A DNA stretch of 64,000 nucleotides from Emiliania huxleyi CCMP1516 (GCF_000372725.1 NW_005201791.1:293380-357379), one strand, 5' to 3'; shown: positions 23,084-35,100, counted from the stretch's first letter. Translations and numbers: made by a program. Notes: generated by a model from the sequence alone, not told the origin.

Positions 23084-26000
23084 TCACATCCTCGCTGAGG
23101 CGGCGGATATGCAACGGTGGCATAAGGTGAATGATACACCGTCGCACGGGACGATTAATTCACGCGCTTGCTCAATAGACAGCTTGCGACTCCCTGTGCT
23201 GCGCTCCCGCTCCGGTCTCCCCCGCATGTGCGAGCAAGCGCTGCATATGCTGCGCCATCTCTTGCCGCACCGTCTGGCCGACTTCGTGCAGGATCTCGGC
23301 CCGCCAGCGCTCCTACACACAGGAACGATCTCGACCTCGGGGGGCAACGCGCCGCGCTCCGCTCTCGGCTCCCGCCGCGCCTTGAGCAACTCGAGACTCC
23401 GGCGCTCGATCGCGAGGTCTCGCGCCGCCGCCGCGCCGCCCTCCAGGCCGTCGGCCGCCTGCTCGGCGCGGCTGCCGTGGTGGAAGCAAGCGTGCCTATG
23501 CACCGCCTCGCCCCAGCGGCGCCAGATTCCGCTCGACCTACCCGTGGTGAGCGTAACGTACCGAGCGGCGCGTGTCGGCGGGATACCGTGCGTCGGCCAA
23601 CCTGCGGCTGGCGTCGGGCGGGTCTCCGCTCGAGGGTTGCGACCGGTACATTACTTTCATCGCCTGGCAATCCGCGCATGGCAGGGTTAGTGAGGCGTGG
23701 CCGAGGTACGGTGGGGGTGCAGCCAAGATGCGGCTGAGGTACGTCGGAAGTGCGCGGCCGAGGTGCGGCCGAAGTGTAGTTCATCGCCTGCCAGTGCGCA
23801 GTCTCGACGATGACGAGAGCGACGCCCACCACCACGAGGTAGGCGAAGGAGATGAAGCAGTACAGGAAGGGCGCGCCGAGGACACGGTCGGCCAGCCGCA
23901 CCTGCCGAGAGGCGAATCGTTAAGCAGCGGAGGTGTGCCGAGGGGGGCCGGGAGGCGGTAAGCCGCCGTCGCCCGGCGCTGCTAGCGCTAAGTGGCTCCT
24001 CTCCCCCCACCCCCCCCCAACAAGGCGCGCGATAAGCACGGTGTCCGAGATACGGCCGGCAAACGGCCGAGATGCAGCCGAGATTTTGCGGCGATCGCCT
24101 GCCTGCCTCAGCGTCTCGTTGAGCTCGTCGCCAAAGGAGATGGCGTACCTGCACTCCCGTGGGTGACTCGTCACTGACCGGTGGCTACTCACCGGCAGCT
24201 CTTCGCCGAGGCTGCGGCACAGCGTGGCGAGGCTCGTCCACAGGTCGGCAAAGGCGGGCGCGTCTCCAAACATGAGCGTGCCCGCCGCCGCAAAGCCGAG
24301 CCAGATCGGTAGGACGGTGACGAGCAGCCAAAGGGCGGGGCCTGCGTGGCGGGCGGGAAAGCTGAGACGGGAAGGCTGGAAAGAGCACCCGGCGGCGGCT
24401 GCAGGATGGGTCGCGGGCCGAGCGCGATCTCGAGTGTCTTGAGCATGAAGGAGAGGCGCTTCGAGGTCTGCATGTGGCGGAAAAGGCCAAGCCAGCAGAA
24501 GAGGAGGCCGAGCCTACCACGCCCGGGCCTAGGTCGAGCTCGAGAGGGACAACAACGCCCAGAGCCAGGCCGGCGGCGAGGGCGCGCCCGGGGCACCACG
24601 CCCGCCACGGCTCCGCCGGCGGGAAACGCGACGGCCGCTGCCGCAGCTGCCCCTCGAGCTCGGCGAAAGCGGCCACAAAGAGCATCAACTGAGCGAGCAG
24701 GTCGACGAGGTCCGCGGCGGAGCAGCAGCCTTGCGCAACGCGCCCCGCACTCGCCGCCGCGCTAGCCACCGCGTGCTCCCTGCGATTGGGGTCGGAGGGG
24801 CAGAGCGAGGTTGGGCGAGGCATGGCGTGGTGCGTAGCGGGATTGCGAGATGCAGCCGAGGTGCAGCCGAAGTGCAGCCTAAAAGCAGCCGAGGAGCAGC
24901 CGAAGTGGAGCCGAGGTGCGGCCGGGGTGCAGCCGACGAGTAGCCGAGCGCCTCGGAGTCCGGCGGTGGGCGAGCGTGTCTCGCGCGAGCGACGCGGCGG
25001 CACGCAGCAGCGTCGCGGCGGCGAAAGCGGCACCGGCGAGCGCCTGGGCGGGCGGCGGGCCGAAAGTGAGGGAGAAGGCCGGGGGACAGCGATGTATGAG
25101 AGCGAGGTGGCGACGAGAAGAGGAGGGCGGCGGCGGCGGCGGCGGCGGCGGCGCCGCCGCCGCTGCCGCCGCCACAAGAGCGGGCCGGAGGGAGGGGAGG
25201 GAGCCCCCCCTCTCACCCGCGCGGTCAGCAGGGCAAACGCAGCGAGCTTTGGCCACATCTGGCGGAGCTGTCTGGGCGTGTCCGAGTCGACGTACAGGGC
25301 GAGCGAGAGGATGAGTCCCGACTTCGTCACGCCTGTGGGGCATGTCTCGGATGTCACGGACATGTCATGGACGTGTTGGACGTGTCCCTTGAGAGTCATC
25401 CGGATGGCCGCCTATGGGAGGAGGCTGGCGCCCGCATGTTGGAGGACTCGCCCGAGACTGCTCGTGGACTCGCCCGAGACTGCGGCCACCTGACACCCTC
25501 ACAGGATGTGTGACGGCCCGATGGTGAGTCTTGTTTCGTGTCGCGTGGCCTGCTTCCAAGTCCATGTGTGTGGCCGCCTCTCTTTCCATGTCTCTCCTTC
25601 CGTGCGTCAGCCCGTGCGTCAGCCCGCCACGCGCCTGTGTCCTCAGTCGCTGTGTATTGCTAGCCTAGTGATCTCGCCTCTCCATCTAAATACGACACGC
25701 CGGGTGCGGCGGTGAGGTCGACTTGCCAGTCAAGCTTGGAGACGTCCGAGTACAGGAAGGTGGAGCCGGGGGCGATGACCTGCCGAGGGATGCAGCCGAT
25801 GTGCAGCCGATGTGCAGCCATGTGTAGCCGAGGTGCAGCCGCGGCCGAGGCGAGGCCGAGGTGCGGCCGAGGCGAGGCCGAGGTGCGGCCGAGGTGCGGC
25901 CCGAGGTCTGCGGCTCGTGGATGCCCGTGATCTCGGGTGTCTCGGCTAATCTCGTCACCGGCTCGTGGATGTTTAGTCGCATGCTCAGCGTTAGGGAGGA

Positions 26001-26603
26001 GAGGGCGTCGAGCCATGCTCGCAGCGCCGCGTTGCCCTTGGGCGTGCGATCCGTCCACAGCGGCCCCACCGCCTCTTTGCACTCTTCCGGCGACGTGCCG
26101 CACGCCTTGCTGGATATGTTGAGCGGTGTGTCGCCGGATGCGCCCGCCACGCTCACGACGTGCAGTTGCACGGGTCCTGCCGCTCGCATGTCGCCAAGCG
26201 CCACCTCCCTCAGCCTATCGTGCGCCGTGACGGCGTGCGCCACCATCGCGCGGAGCGACGGTACGTCGTCCATTCGACACTCGGGCAGAACGAAGCAGCG
26301 AGGGTCATCGCAGAATTGCCACGCTTCCACGCACGGCGGCGGATAGAATATCTTGGCGAGCTCCGCCCGGAGTTCGGCGATGCCGCTGGCGCGCTGTGCC
26401 GATTCGCCGAGTAGCAAGCTGCACGCGAGGGCGAGCGTGGCCAGGTGAAGCAGCAGCCGGGCCGGCTGCTTGCGCCTCGCTGGGCGATCGGTGTCGCCAG
26501 AGGAAGCGAACGAGACCGTGCGCTGCGAGCTGCGCGACGCGGCGGCGGCGACGGGCGGCTCCTTGGCCTCGTGTGGTCCAGGAAGCAGTCTCTCGTGCAA
26601 CAT
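23084..26603 (-). CDS. Mucolipin/polycystin (TRPML-like) cation channel, multi-exon
   Basis: P.RLLLHL TM1 and a large luminal loop; WLGLFRHMQ...MLKTL, GFAAAGTLMFG..AFADL..SL.TL, pore YAISFGDELNETL (cf. TRPML LINGDDMF), S6 FLYCFISFAYLVVVGVALVIVE. The 3' end is uncertain. Confidence 0.75.
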
Positions 26604-26688
26604 TGATGCGGTGCCAGACAGAGTGTGTCTTGACTCCGGCGGCAAATCTCGGCGCCTCTTTGAGATCAAAGAGAGAGATTTTTTGCCT

Positions 26689-26735
26689 CTTCTCGAGGTT
26701 CTCGAGGTGGATATCCTTTGGCCGCGTTGGGTAGC
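26689..26735. repeat. 47-bp dispersed repeat, copy 1
   Basis: Identical to 50549-50595. Confidence 0.9.
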
Positions 26736-26956
26736 AGGACACGCGCATCATCCCCATCGGTGCTCACGTGAGCTGCGCCCCAGACGCTTGCTGTGAGCTG
26801 GTCGCACGCAAATTGATGTGGTATCCGAAGAGCGACGCCCCGGGCACGTCGTGCGTCCCGTCGTGTTCCGTCGTGCGACAAGCAGCCTCCGCGACAACCT
26901 CCCTCACGAGTAGATAGGCTTCTGAAAGTACATCCCCTGTCTGTCTCCTGCCTTCG

Positions 26957-29467
26957 ATGAGCGACTCCATCGTTCCCGAGAGCCAGGCTGCCTCGGATGT
27001 GTGCAGCACGAATGATCCGCCAGGCGGGCCTCGCGCCGATGCAGCTGTCGCAACTGCATCGGCGCCTGCAACGGCCGTCGCACCTCGCAGCGAAAAGGAG
27101 GCGCTGAAAGCCCGCATGGCGGCATTGAGCACGGAACTGCTCCTCCTCAAAAAGAAGGCAGCCACCACCGCAGCATCAAGCAGCAGTCAGCGTACCGCCC
27201 CAAATCCCTCAGCGCCGGCTGGCAATCGGCGGCTGGCAACGTCTGCCGCAAAGTCCCTCCGCAAGACATATGTGCCGACGGCTCCTGTCGCTGTCGTCGG
27301 CTCCGTCGCGAGCGGGCTAGCGCTCGATGCTAGTGACGTGGACCTCGTGGCGTGCCTGGCTGGCGTGAGGTCCGCGGCGACATTCCCGTGCTTGCTTGGG
27401 GACGAGCCGCTTGGCGACCCGCTGCTCTACCACTGGGTGGAGCGCCCCTTTCGCGCTTGGCGGCCGGTGCCCAAACGGCGCGTGCCGCTCGTGCTCCTGC
27501 CGGTCTTCGTCTCGCTCGTGCTGCTCATCGTTCTCCTTCAGGGCCCACTGTACGGCAGCCTCTACCCGTCCGCACGCGAGGTCTCCGCCTCCGCCTCGCC
27601 GCCCACACCCACCCCTCCGACGCAGAACGCCCCTCACTCCTCTTGCGCCTGCTCCAACGCCCACGGAGCCCTCGGCAAGACGCTACACAGCCCGCCAGGC
27701 TTGGATCCGCACTCGCCGCTGCCGTGCTTCGACGCCGACGGCCTGCCTGTCAACGGCGACGACCACAGCCGTTGGATATATGAGCAACGGTGCTGCCAAG
27801 AGCCGTGGCACAACCCGCTGACGTCGGTGGACGGGCCGATGACGTTCTGGGAGGTGCAGGACACGGCGTCCGCATGCCTCACGCCCGATCGAGGCGCCTC
27901 AGACCAGCCGACCTTGTTCCTGATCGGCGACTCACACGCCGCGATGCTGACGGAGGGCATCCGCAAAGCCCTCGCCGGTCGCATGACGCTCGCGTGGACC
28001 GCCCGCGGCATGTGCCCACCGCTCCCGCCAGCACTCTACGGCTGGTGCGACCAGGACAGCCTCGAGACGGCGACGCTCTATCAGCGCCATCTGGTGACCA
28101 CCCTCACCTCGCAGCTGCGCAGCGGCGATGTCGTCGCCGTGGCGTCGTGGTGGGCGCCGTGGCGGGATGCGTCGCAAGCGCGCCTCGTTGCCGATCACTA
28201 CCGGAACACCCTGGTGCCTCTCGTCTCGAGTAAGGGCGCGCAGCTGCTGCTCTTCGGCGACGTCTTTGGCGGGCTGCCCAAGGTGCCGCTATCGTGCCTG
28301 AATCACGCAACGAGCCCCTCCTGCCAGCGAAGCTACACGGACGCTGCGCGCCAGTTCGGCGGCGCGGCGAGCTCGCGGGAAGCAAGCGCGCTCGCGGATG
28401 GCAACGAGCACACGCGCTTCTTCGACTTGGCGCCCCTCTTCTGCACATCGACGGCGCCAGACGGAGTGTGCAACACGATGGTGCCCGGCACAGACGTTGT
28501 CGCATTCGCGGACAGCCATCATCTGAGCCGAGCAGGATCCGCATACCTCGCACCATACCTGTGCTCGCAGTTCGAGCGGTGGGGCTTCTTTGGCTCCACG
28601 CTCGCTGCGAGCGGCTCCGACGAGTGGGCGTCGTCGAGGGGGGCACTGCACCAGGCCTTGAACCGGCGATGGGCCCAAGGCAAGCCCTCAAACGATTGGA
28701 CAGCCGCTGGCGTCCTCGTCCACGTCTTCGATGGAGATGGCATCGACCTTGTGCCCGGAGGCTTCGTACACGGCGCACCCAAGCTAGACGACCCACTTCG
28801 CGGCCTCGTGCGGCCCAGTGGCGGCCACCTCGCCGCCTCGCTGCTCAACGCGCGGCATCCCACGCCCTTCCGCTGCCTCCTGGCGTGCCCACCCCAGTGG
28901 CGCGAGCTGCCTGGCATCGTCCTGAAGCCATCGGCTCAGGTGATCTCGCGACTCTCGTGCCTCGCGTGGCGCGACATCTACTCGACCCAGTACAACCGGC
29001 CCAACGTGACGCACGCCGGCTGCCCTGCGCGTAGCTTGTGGTGCGACGTCTCCGCACAGGGCCCAGGCTGCACGCCGCTGGGCATGGCCGCTCAGATGGC
29101 GCACTGCTGCACCACGTTTCCACCGACGCAGCTGGACAAGATGATGACCATGCAAGACCTGTATGCGTGGCCGCGAGGGCCGTGCCTCGGCAACTGCACC
29201 GACCACAAGAATCCCGCGGCGTGGCTCTTTGATGAGATCATCCTCGACACAGAGGAGTCGCCGTGGGAGCCAGAGCTGGAGGCGATGATCGGCGCTGTCT
29301 TCATCTCACCGACCGCGTCCAGTCAGAGCTTTGCGTGGGGCCGCGCGGCGCACGCAGCGCTCCTGCAGCGGCTCAACGTAAGCGCGGACGCACTGCCGTT
29401 TCTGTACTACAACATGCTGGCTCCCAAGGAGCCCTTCAGCGTGGTTCCCTCCAACGACAGGCAGTGA
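26957..29467 (+). CDS. Mosaic ORF: nucleotidyltransferase-like motif, acyltransferase-3 tail, SGNH domain and an unknown Cys-containing C-terminal domain
   Basis: VVGSVASGLALDASDVDLV; LLYHWVERPFR; LFLIGDSHA and FADSHHLS (SGNH Ser/Asp/His); 836-aa open frame. Confidence 0.7.
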   Translation: MSDSIVPESQAASDVCSTNDPPGGPRADAAVATASAPATAVAPRSEKEALKARMAALSTELLLLKKKAATTAASSSSQRTAPNPSAPAGNRRLATSAAKSLRKTYVPTAPVAVVGSVASGLALDASDVDLVACLAGVRSAATFPCLLGDEPLGDPLLYHWVERPFRAWRPVPKRRVPLVLLPVFVSLVLLIVLLQGPLYGSLYPSAREVSASASPPTPTPPTQNAPHSSCACSNAHGALGKTLHSPPGLDPHSPLPCFDADGLPVNGDDHSRWIYEQRCCQEPWHNPLTSVDGPMTFWEVQDTASACLTPDRGASDQPTLFLIGDSHAAMLTEGIRKALAGRMTLAWTARGMCPPLPPALYGWCDQDSLETATLYQRHLVTTLTSQLRSGDVVAVASWWAPWRDASQARLVADHYRNTLVPLVSSKGAQLLLFGDVFGGLPKVPLSCLNHATSPSCQRSYTDAARQFGGAASSREASALADGNEHTRFFDLAPLFCTSTAPDGVCNTMVPGTDVVAFADSHHLSRAGSAYLAPYLCSQFERWGFFGSTLAASGSDEWASSRGALHQALNRRWAQGKPSNDWTAAGVLVHVFDGDGIDLVPGGFVHGAPKLDDPLRGLVRPSGGHLAASLLNARHPTPFRCLLACPPQWRELPGIVLKPSAQVISRLSCLAWRDIYSTQYNRPNVTHAGCPARSLWCDVSAQGPGCTPLGMAAQMAHCCTTFPPTQLDKMMTMQDLYAWPRGPCLGNCTDHKNPAAWLFDEIILDTEESPWEPELEAMIGAVFISPTASSQSFAWGRAAHAALLQRLNVSADALPFLYYNMLAPKEPFSVVPSNDRQ

Positions 29468-30243
29468 ACGACTGGGGCGGCTATGCACGTAGGTACAGTA
29501 GCTAAGGCGTAAGGTGGGCGAGGATGGGTGGGCGAGGATGGGGCGCATCGGCGGTGCGCGGTTGAATGAAGCCACGATCACGACGACCTTGGTCTTTGCT
29601 TGTTCTGTACAACCTAGATCTCGTGCATCGATGTTCTGTGTATGTACTTTGTGAGACACCAGTGTGACTCGATCTACACTGACGTGAGTAGGTGAGTTTC
29701 GTGCAGCTGATCGATCAAACTTTTACCGTTTTACTAAAAGCTTTTATCGTGCCGTTCGCCCTCCATTCGGTGACCTCCATGGCTGTCCGTCCCCTTTTGG
29801 GTGGCGCTCTCGATACCGTTGCGTCAACCTCGACATCGCTGTCGCCCTCCCCGTCCCCGTCGTCGCCCGTGCCTCGGTTCGCGTCATTGGTAGCGTTTCC
29901 GTTGCCCCCTCGTGCTCCGCCGTCGCCCTCTCTGCTCGGGCCGTTCGCGATTTCGCCCCTCCTGCGTGTCGCCCCTCCGTCTCCCCCCCTGCCTTCGTCG
30001 TCATCGTCGCTGTCGCGAAAGCCCTCCGGTCCCTCGATTTTTCGAACACCTCTCCCAAAAGCGCAACAGAGGGCGCTAGGAGGTTCCTCTTTTCCGCGCC
30101 CCCCCCGCAAGGCGCGCGATACACAGAGGGTGTAGGGGTGGGGAAGACGGCAGATCTCTAGAGCTTAGAGGGAGATAGGAGGGGGAGATACCGCAAAAGA
30201 ATCGGCCCGACCAGGGCTATTTACCCACCTCAACTCTATTTAT

Positions 30244-32149
30244 TTACGGTGAGACGACAGCAATAAACATCCCGTTGTGGCCTTCCTCGAGGGTCCAGAC
30301 CTGCTCTCGGTACTGCTCTGCGACCGGGACTCCGTCCTGGCTCACCAGGTCGAGCGAGCTCGCTGTCGCCGCCGCGTCTCGATATGATGTGGCCATGTGG
30401 TCGTCGATGTTCTCGTAAAAGCGAATCGTGAAGCCCTCCTCGTGAAGGAGCCTCCGCCACGCGCCATGAGAGCGAGGCGGGCTGCCCATGTGCAGCCGGC
30501 GGTACCAGCCGGCGCTCTGAGGCGGCGTCGCAGCCGTCCCTTCGAACTGGCCGTCGCCCGCGGTGTGGTCGGCGAAGACGAGGAGGCCACCCGGCGCGAG
30601 GACCTTGCGAGCCTGGGCGAGTACGGCGGCCACCTCCTTCGGCACGTAGCACAGGCTCAGCTGCGCAAAGACGTGAGTGAAGAGAGCAGGCTCGCCCGCG
30701 CCCTCAGGCTCGGTCAGCGCCTCGACTGGCAGGGCCGTCATGCTGCCGTGAAAGTAGCGCAGGCGGAGGCCGGGCGGCGCCGCCTCCTTGCTGCGCTCCA
30801 CGTTGGCTGGCGTGAGGTCAACCCCGACGCAAGCCGCGCCCGTCAGCGACGCCAGCAGCCGGCAGGACCGCCCTTTGCCGGAGCCCAGGTCGAGGACGCG
30901 CGAGGAGCTGTTGACGCGCCCGAGCCGAGTCATTCGCTCTGTCAGCGCGTCGGCGGCCTGAGGCAAGTTGAGCCGCACGAGAGACGGGGAGGAGAGGTGC
31001 GGGTAGTAGCCGGTGTGGATGTTATCCGGCCCGAGGATGCGGTTGTAATGTCCGCGGCTGCCGCCCGCCACGGTGTAGTAGTGCTGGGCGGCGGCGGCAG
31101 AGCCAATCGCGCCGACTCCTTTGGTATCGAGCTCTGGAGCGAGGCCCACTACCGTCGTCGACTCCGCCGCTCCGCCACTCGCCGCCGCCGCGTTGTTCAC
31201 CTCTTGGCTCCCCGCCAGTCGCCCGCCGCGAGCAGAGAAGAGGGCGAGGTTCATTCCAACGTGCCCTGCACGGACCGACTGCGCCGACCACCGGTACGAG
31301 TCTGCTAGCGCGAACATGCCGTGCGCCCGCGCCGCGGCGGCGAGCTCGAGGTAGCCGTGCTGCTGGTGCTCGTCCAGGGCCTCGTAGCGCAGGAGCCGGA
31401 GGCCACTCGCTTCGGCCAGCTCGGTCCACTGTGCGTGGCTGTGCAAGCAGCACGGCACGGAGGTGCGGTCGTACCAGTGCAGGCGTGTCTCCGCCGAGGC
31501 CTCCACCCTCCCGAATCCCGCGACAAAGTCGCTCACCACGAGCTGCCCGCCCGACGCCAGCAAGCTCGTGAAGCTTCCCTCGACGAACATCAGGTTGAGC
31601 TCCGGGTGCTGGGATGCTAGCTCCCGCGAGCGCGCCACGTTGCCGGGTGTGAGGTCGAGGCCGACGCAAGCAGCACCCGTGAACTGCGCTATCTGGAGGC
31701 AGGCGAGCCCTCTGCCCGAGCCGAGGTCCAGCACGGTGGATTCGTGATTGATGCCGGCGGCCTCAACCATACGCTGCGTGAGCGCGTCGGCGGCCTGTGC
31801 AAAGGAGAGCCGCACGAAGCCATCGCCCGAAAGGTGCGGGTAGTAGCCCTGAGGAGCAATGGAAAATGGAGGAGTGTGCCGGTGTGCCGGCGGTCGTCAC
31901 GAGTGCTACAGGCGCTGAGGGCACCGGCGGTCGTCACGAGTGCTACAGGCGCTGAGGGAAGGGCTCGGCGACCATGTGGATGTTGTCGAGCCCCCACAGA
32001 GCCTCGGGCTTCTCCGCCTGCACCTTTGCACCGGTGTAGTGCTCGAGCGAGCGCCTCGCACCGGCACTGGTGTAGTGGTCTGGCGTGGCGCCAGCGCTCG
32101 CTGCGCCAATACCAACCCTTGCACTGATCAGTACCGACAGCGAGACCAT
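30244..32149 (-). CDS. Tandem two-domain SAM-dependent methyltransferase, sarcosine/dimethylglycine-MT-like
   Basis: Two copies of DNIHxGYYPHLS...VLDLGSGxG...VG(L/V)DLTPxNV; one intron at ~31849-31972. Domain 1 has an in-frame deletion near 31560. Confidence 0.8.
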
Positions 32150-32261
32150 AATCGCACAAACGGCCGCGAGGTGAGGGAGGTCTGGGGATGCCATCAGTCA
32201 AGAGCTGGTTTTCTGCCGCCGCCGCCGTCGCCGACGCCCTCGCCGCCGCCGCCCTGATATT

Positions 32262-34715
32262 TTTATACCAAAAGGAGGGCTACACGACGCCGGCCCTGAG
32301 TTATGTATACGCCCACTCAGGGTGTGTGGCAGCCAGCTGGCTGTGTGTCTTGTGAGCTTGTTTGTGTCTGTGTGTCGTTCGTGCGTGTCGTCATCATCTG
32401 TCTCGCGTCCACCCATACCGCGTTGGTGTCCAGTCCGAGCCTGGCTGTTCTTCACCTTTCTACCTACCTACCTACGCCCTCTACGCTGGGGTGCCGGCGC
32501 CCTACTGGGCGCCCCCCGCTCCCTTCCCCTCAGAGCCCCCCATCCCACTAGCATTCCCCCGCGGTCCCTCGCGGTCGCGCGACGCCGCACCAATGGCGCG
32601 CTGTGCCTCGTCCGCGAGCGCCACCCAGAGCTGCACCGACAGTCGCTGCAGCGCAAACGGCATCCATTCGCGCGCCGACCACGACGTCTGGTCGTACTGC
32701 CACCACGTGAGCTTCCGGCCCGCCACCTCAGCCACCCGCATCAGCAGCTCCTCCACCCCCGCGCTCATTGCGCCGAACTCCTCGAAGAGCAACGCCTCCA
32801 CATGGCACTTCCCCTCTGCGTCCGTGTACTGGCCCTTGACAGCCTCAACCGTCCCGGTCCCCGTCCGCGGATCCCACCGTCCCACCCTCCCACCCCTGTC
32901 CCCGCCCTCCACGCCCAGAACCGTCTCGCGGGCGCGTGGCAGCGTGTTGCCGCAAGCGACGAACGCCCCCATGCGCCCCGCCCCCGAGGGGTCCGACGGC
33001 ACACCGGCAAAGATCTTCGTGTCGCCGATGCATGGCAGGTCCCCAATCACGCCCTGGTAAATGTACAAGTCCGTCCTCGTAGTGCTGTGCTCGCAGTGAA
33101 ACTCGTGCTCCACAGCGCCGCGCCCCAGCTTGCCCCGCAGCAGCTCGACGAGGTCCAGGAGGACCTCCTTGTGCCGCGTCTGGTGGCCCGCCGCGCCGTC
33201 GTTCTGCGCCACGTCGCCGAGGGCGTCAAAGGGCAGACCGTGCTGGCTGTAGATGCCGTCCGCCATAACGTCCGTCATCATCGACAGGTGCAATCCGAAG
33301 CGGCGCTGCAGCGCGAAGCGCAGCACGTACGAGGGCAGACGGAAGTGCGCGCGGGTCGGGATCGCGTTCAAGAACGCGCCCGCGCCGAACTGGCTGACCG
33401 AGACAAACCGCACCTGCTCCCTCCTCCCTGCGCGGCCCGCCGCCGCATGCATGTCCCTCCAGGCCGAATGGTGAATCGTCGCGGAGTATCGGCGCTGAGC
33501 GTGTTGTAGAAGATTGCTGCGCGAGCTCCATTCGGTAAGCGGAAGATATGTATGCGCCGGGGGCAGCCCTCTCGGGTTGTAGATGCGGTAGGCCCGGCCA
33601 GTCTTGTCGTAGAAATAGTACGTCTTCTTGTCCTCTCGGTACTTGGCGTCGAGGGCGGCGTGCGCCGCCACCAGCCGCGCCTGGCGGCGCGCGACGTCGA
33701 GGTGGACCGGCAGCAAAACCACGCCCGCGCGTCGGATCGCGTCCACCACCTCGTCGCCGCGCAGCCCGCGGCCCACCGCCGCCTTGGCCGCCTCCGCCGC
33801 CCTCGACTCGGCGCCCTCCGCGCCCCCACCGGCGGCGAGGCCGGCGCCGCCCCCCGCCGCGCCAGCCCCGCCCCCGCCTCCTAGAGTGGCGCCTCCCGCC
33901 TCCCCTCCCTCGCGGCCCTCGCCGCCCCCGCCGCCCCCGCCGCCCTCGCCGCCCTCGCCGCCCTCGCTGCCCTCGGCGGCCCGCATCTCAGCATCCCCGC
34001 CGCCGCCGCCGCCACCGCCGCCGCCCGCCGCCCCGCGCACGCGCGCCTCGCGAGCGTACCGCGCCTTGAGAGACACCGCCGCCAGCGCCTGCTCGACCGC
34101 CGACTCCGCCTCCGCCTGCCCGGCCGCCGCCCCCGCCGCCGCCACCGCCGCCGCCGCCACCGCCGACATGGAGGTGAGGCCGGCGCCGCCGAGCTTGACT
34201 GGCAGCCGCGCCTGCTGCAGCGCCGCCCTGCGCTGCGCCGTCGAGCTCAGGCGCCCCGCCGTGAGCTCGTTGAACGCCTCGCCGATGAGCCGATCGTGCA
34301 GCCGTGCCGCCTCCCGCGTCGCCTCCTCCGGCATAGTGCGGAGGAAGTAGTTGAGGGAGGCGTTTGCGCAAAAGCGGTTGAGCGTCATTTGGATCTGGAG
34401 CGCGAGGTTGCACCGCCGCGTGTCGTGGAGGCCGCACACGCCCTCCCGCCCCGCCAGCGGCGCCAGCGCACGGCGCACCCGCTCGACGAGGCGGCGCGAG
34501 GCCTCAGCGGCGTCGCCCAGGAAGGTCCCGAGCACCTTGATGACGAGCAGGCGCCCGTCGGCGTGGTGGGGCGAGCCGCGAACCGCCGCCGGCAGGAAGG
34601 AGAGGTCGCCCGTCGGCGAGTAGACCTCCTGCTTCTTCCGGTTGGACGTGACGCCGCACAGGTCGTCGGTGGCGTCCTCGCCCGCCGCAGCCGCAGCGCA
34701 GGCCGCCTTCGGGTG
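32262..34715 (-). mobile_element. 5'-truncated CRE-like non-LTR retrotransposon (end of RT, thumb, RLE endonuclease, 3' UTR)
   Basis: CGVTSNRKKQ...KVLGTFLG (late RT motifs), QARLPVKLGGAGL, GAGAFLNAIP, RFALQRRFGL, TRTDL...GDTK, LLFEEFGA, QRLSVQL; stop at 32502; YxDD absent. Confidence 0.85.
32340..32475 (+). mobile_element. Short dispersed retroposon-like repeat with a (TACC)n tail
   Basis: Shares the core GCGTCCACCCA(T)ACCGCGTTGGTGTCCAGTC with 46737-46838(-), 51040-51153(-) and 59340-59373(+). Confidence 0.7.
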
Positions 34716-34728
34716 CAGTGTGATCGGG

Positions 34729-35100
34729 GATTTCTTCTCCCGACAATTTCCTTTTGAGCTTAGCCTTCGATGTTATAATGAAACAAACGCAAGGCGGACA
34801 TGGCATATCGCTCTCGGGCCCACAGACATCCCGCACACCCGCTGCCCCCGCGCGCGCCCCACCCCGGCCGGGAGAGAGGGGAGTGACAGTTTGGGATGAA
34901 AGCCCGAGTATGTTGAGTCCTGGCTCAACAACGCAGGGAACAAGAGGGGGTGGTCCGGCTCACAGGTCCGGCTCACGCGCCTCGAGCTTACCATCTACCG
35001 CACTGATCACTTCCGCCCCCTCGCTCCCAACCCATCCACCCCGCCCCGGGCATTTCCTTTTTCGTTTATTTGGGGAAGGAAATTGTCGGGAGAAGAAGTC
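34729..35100. mobile_element. 372-bp cassette bounded by 25-bp inverted repeats (MITE-like)
   Basis: 34729-34753 and 35076-35100 are reverse complements at 24/25 positions. No clear target-site duplication. Confidence 0.55.

Noticed and set aside
29715..30110. Acidic/Gly-rich ORF
   Set aside because: Low complexity, no recognisable domain or clear gene structure.
31887..31958. 37-bp tandem duplication in the methyltransferase intron as part of the splice-site system
   Set aside because: Simple head-to-tail duplication with no inserted array and no exon sequence.
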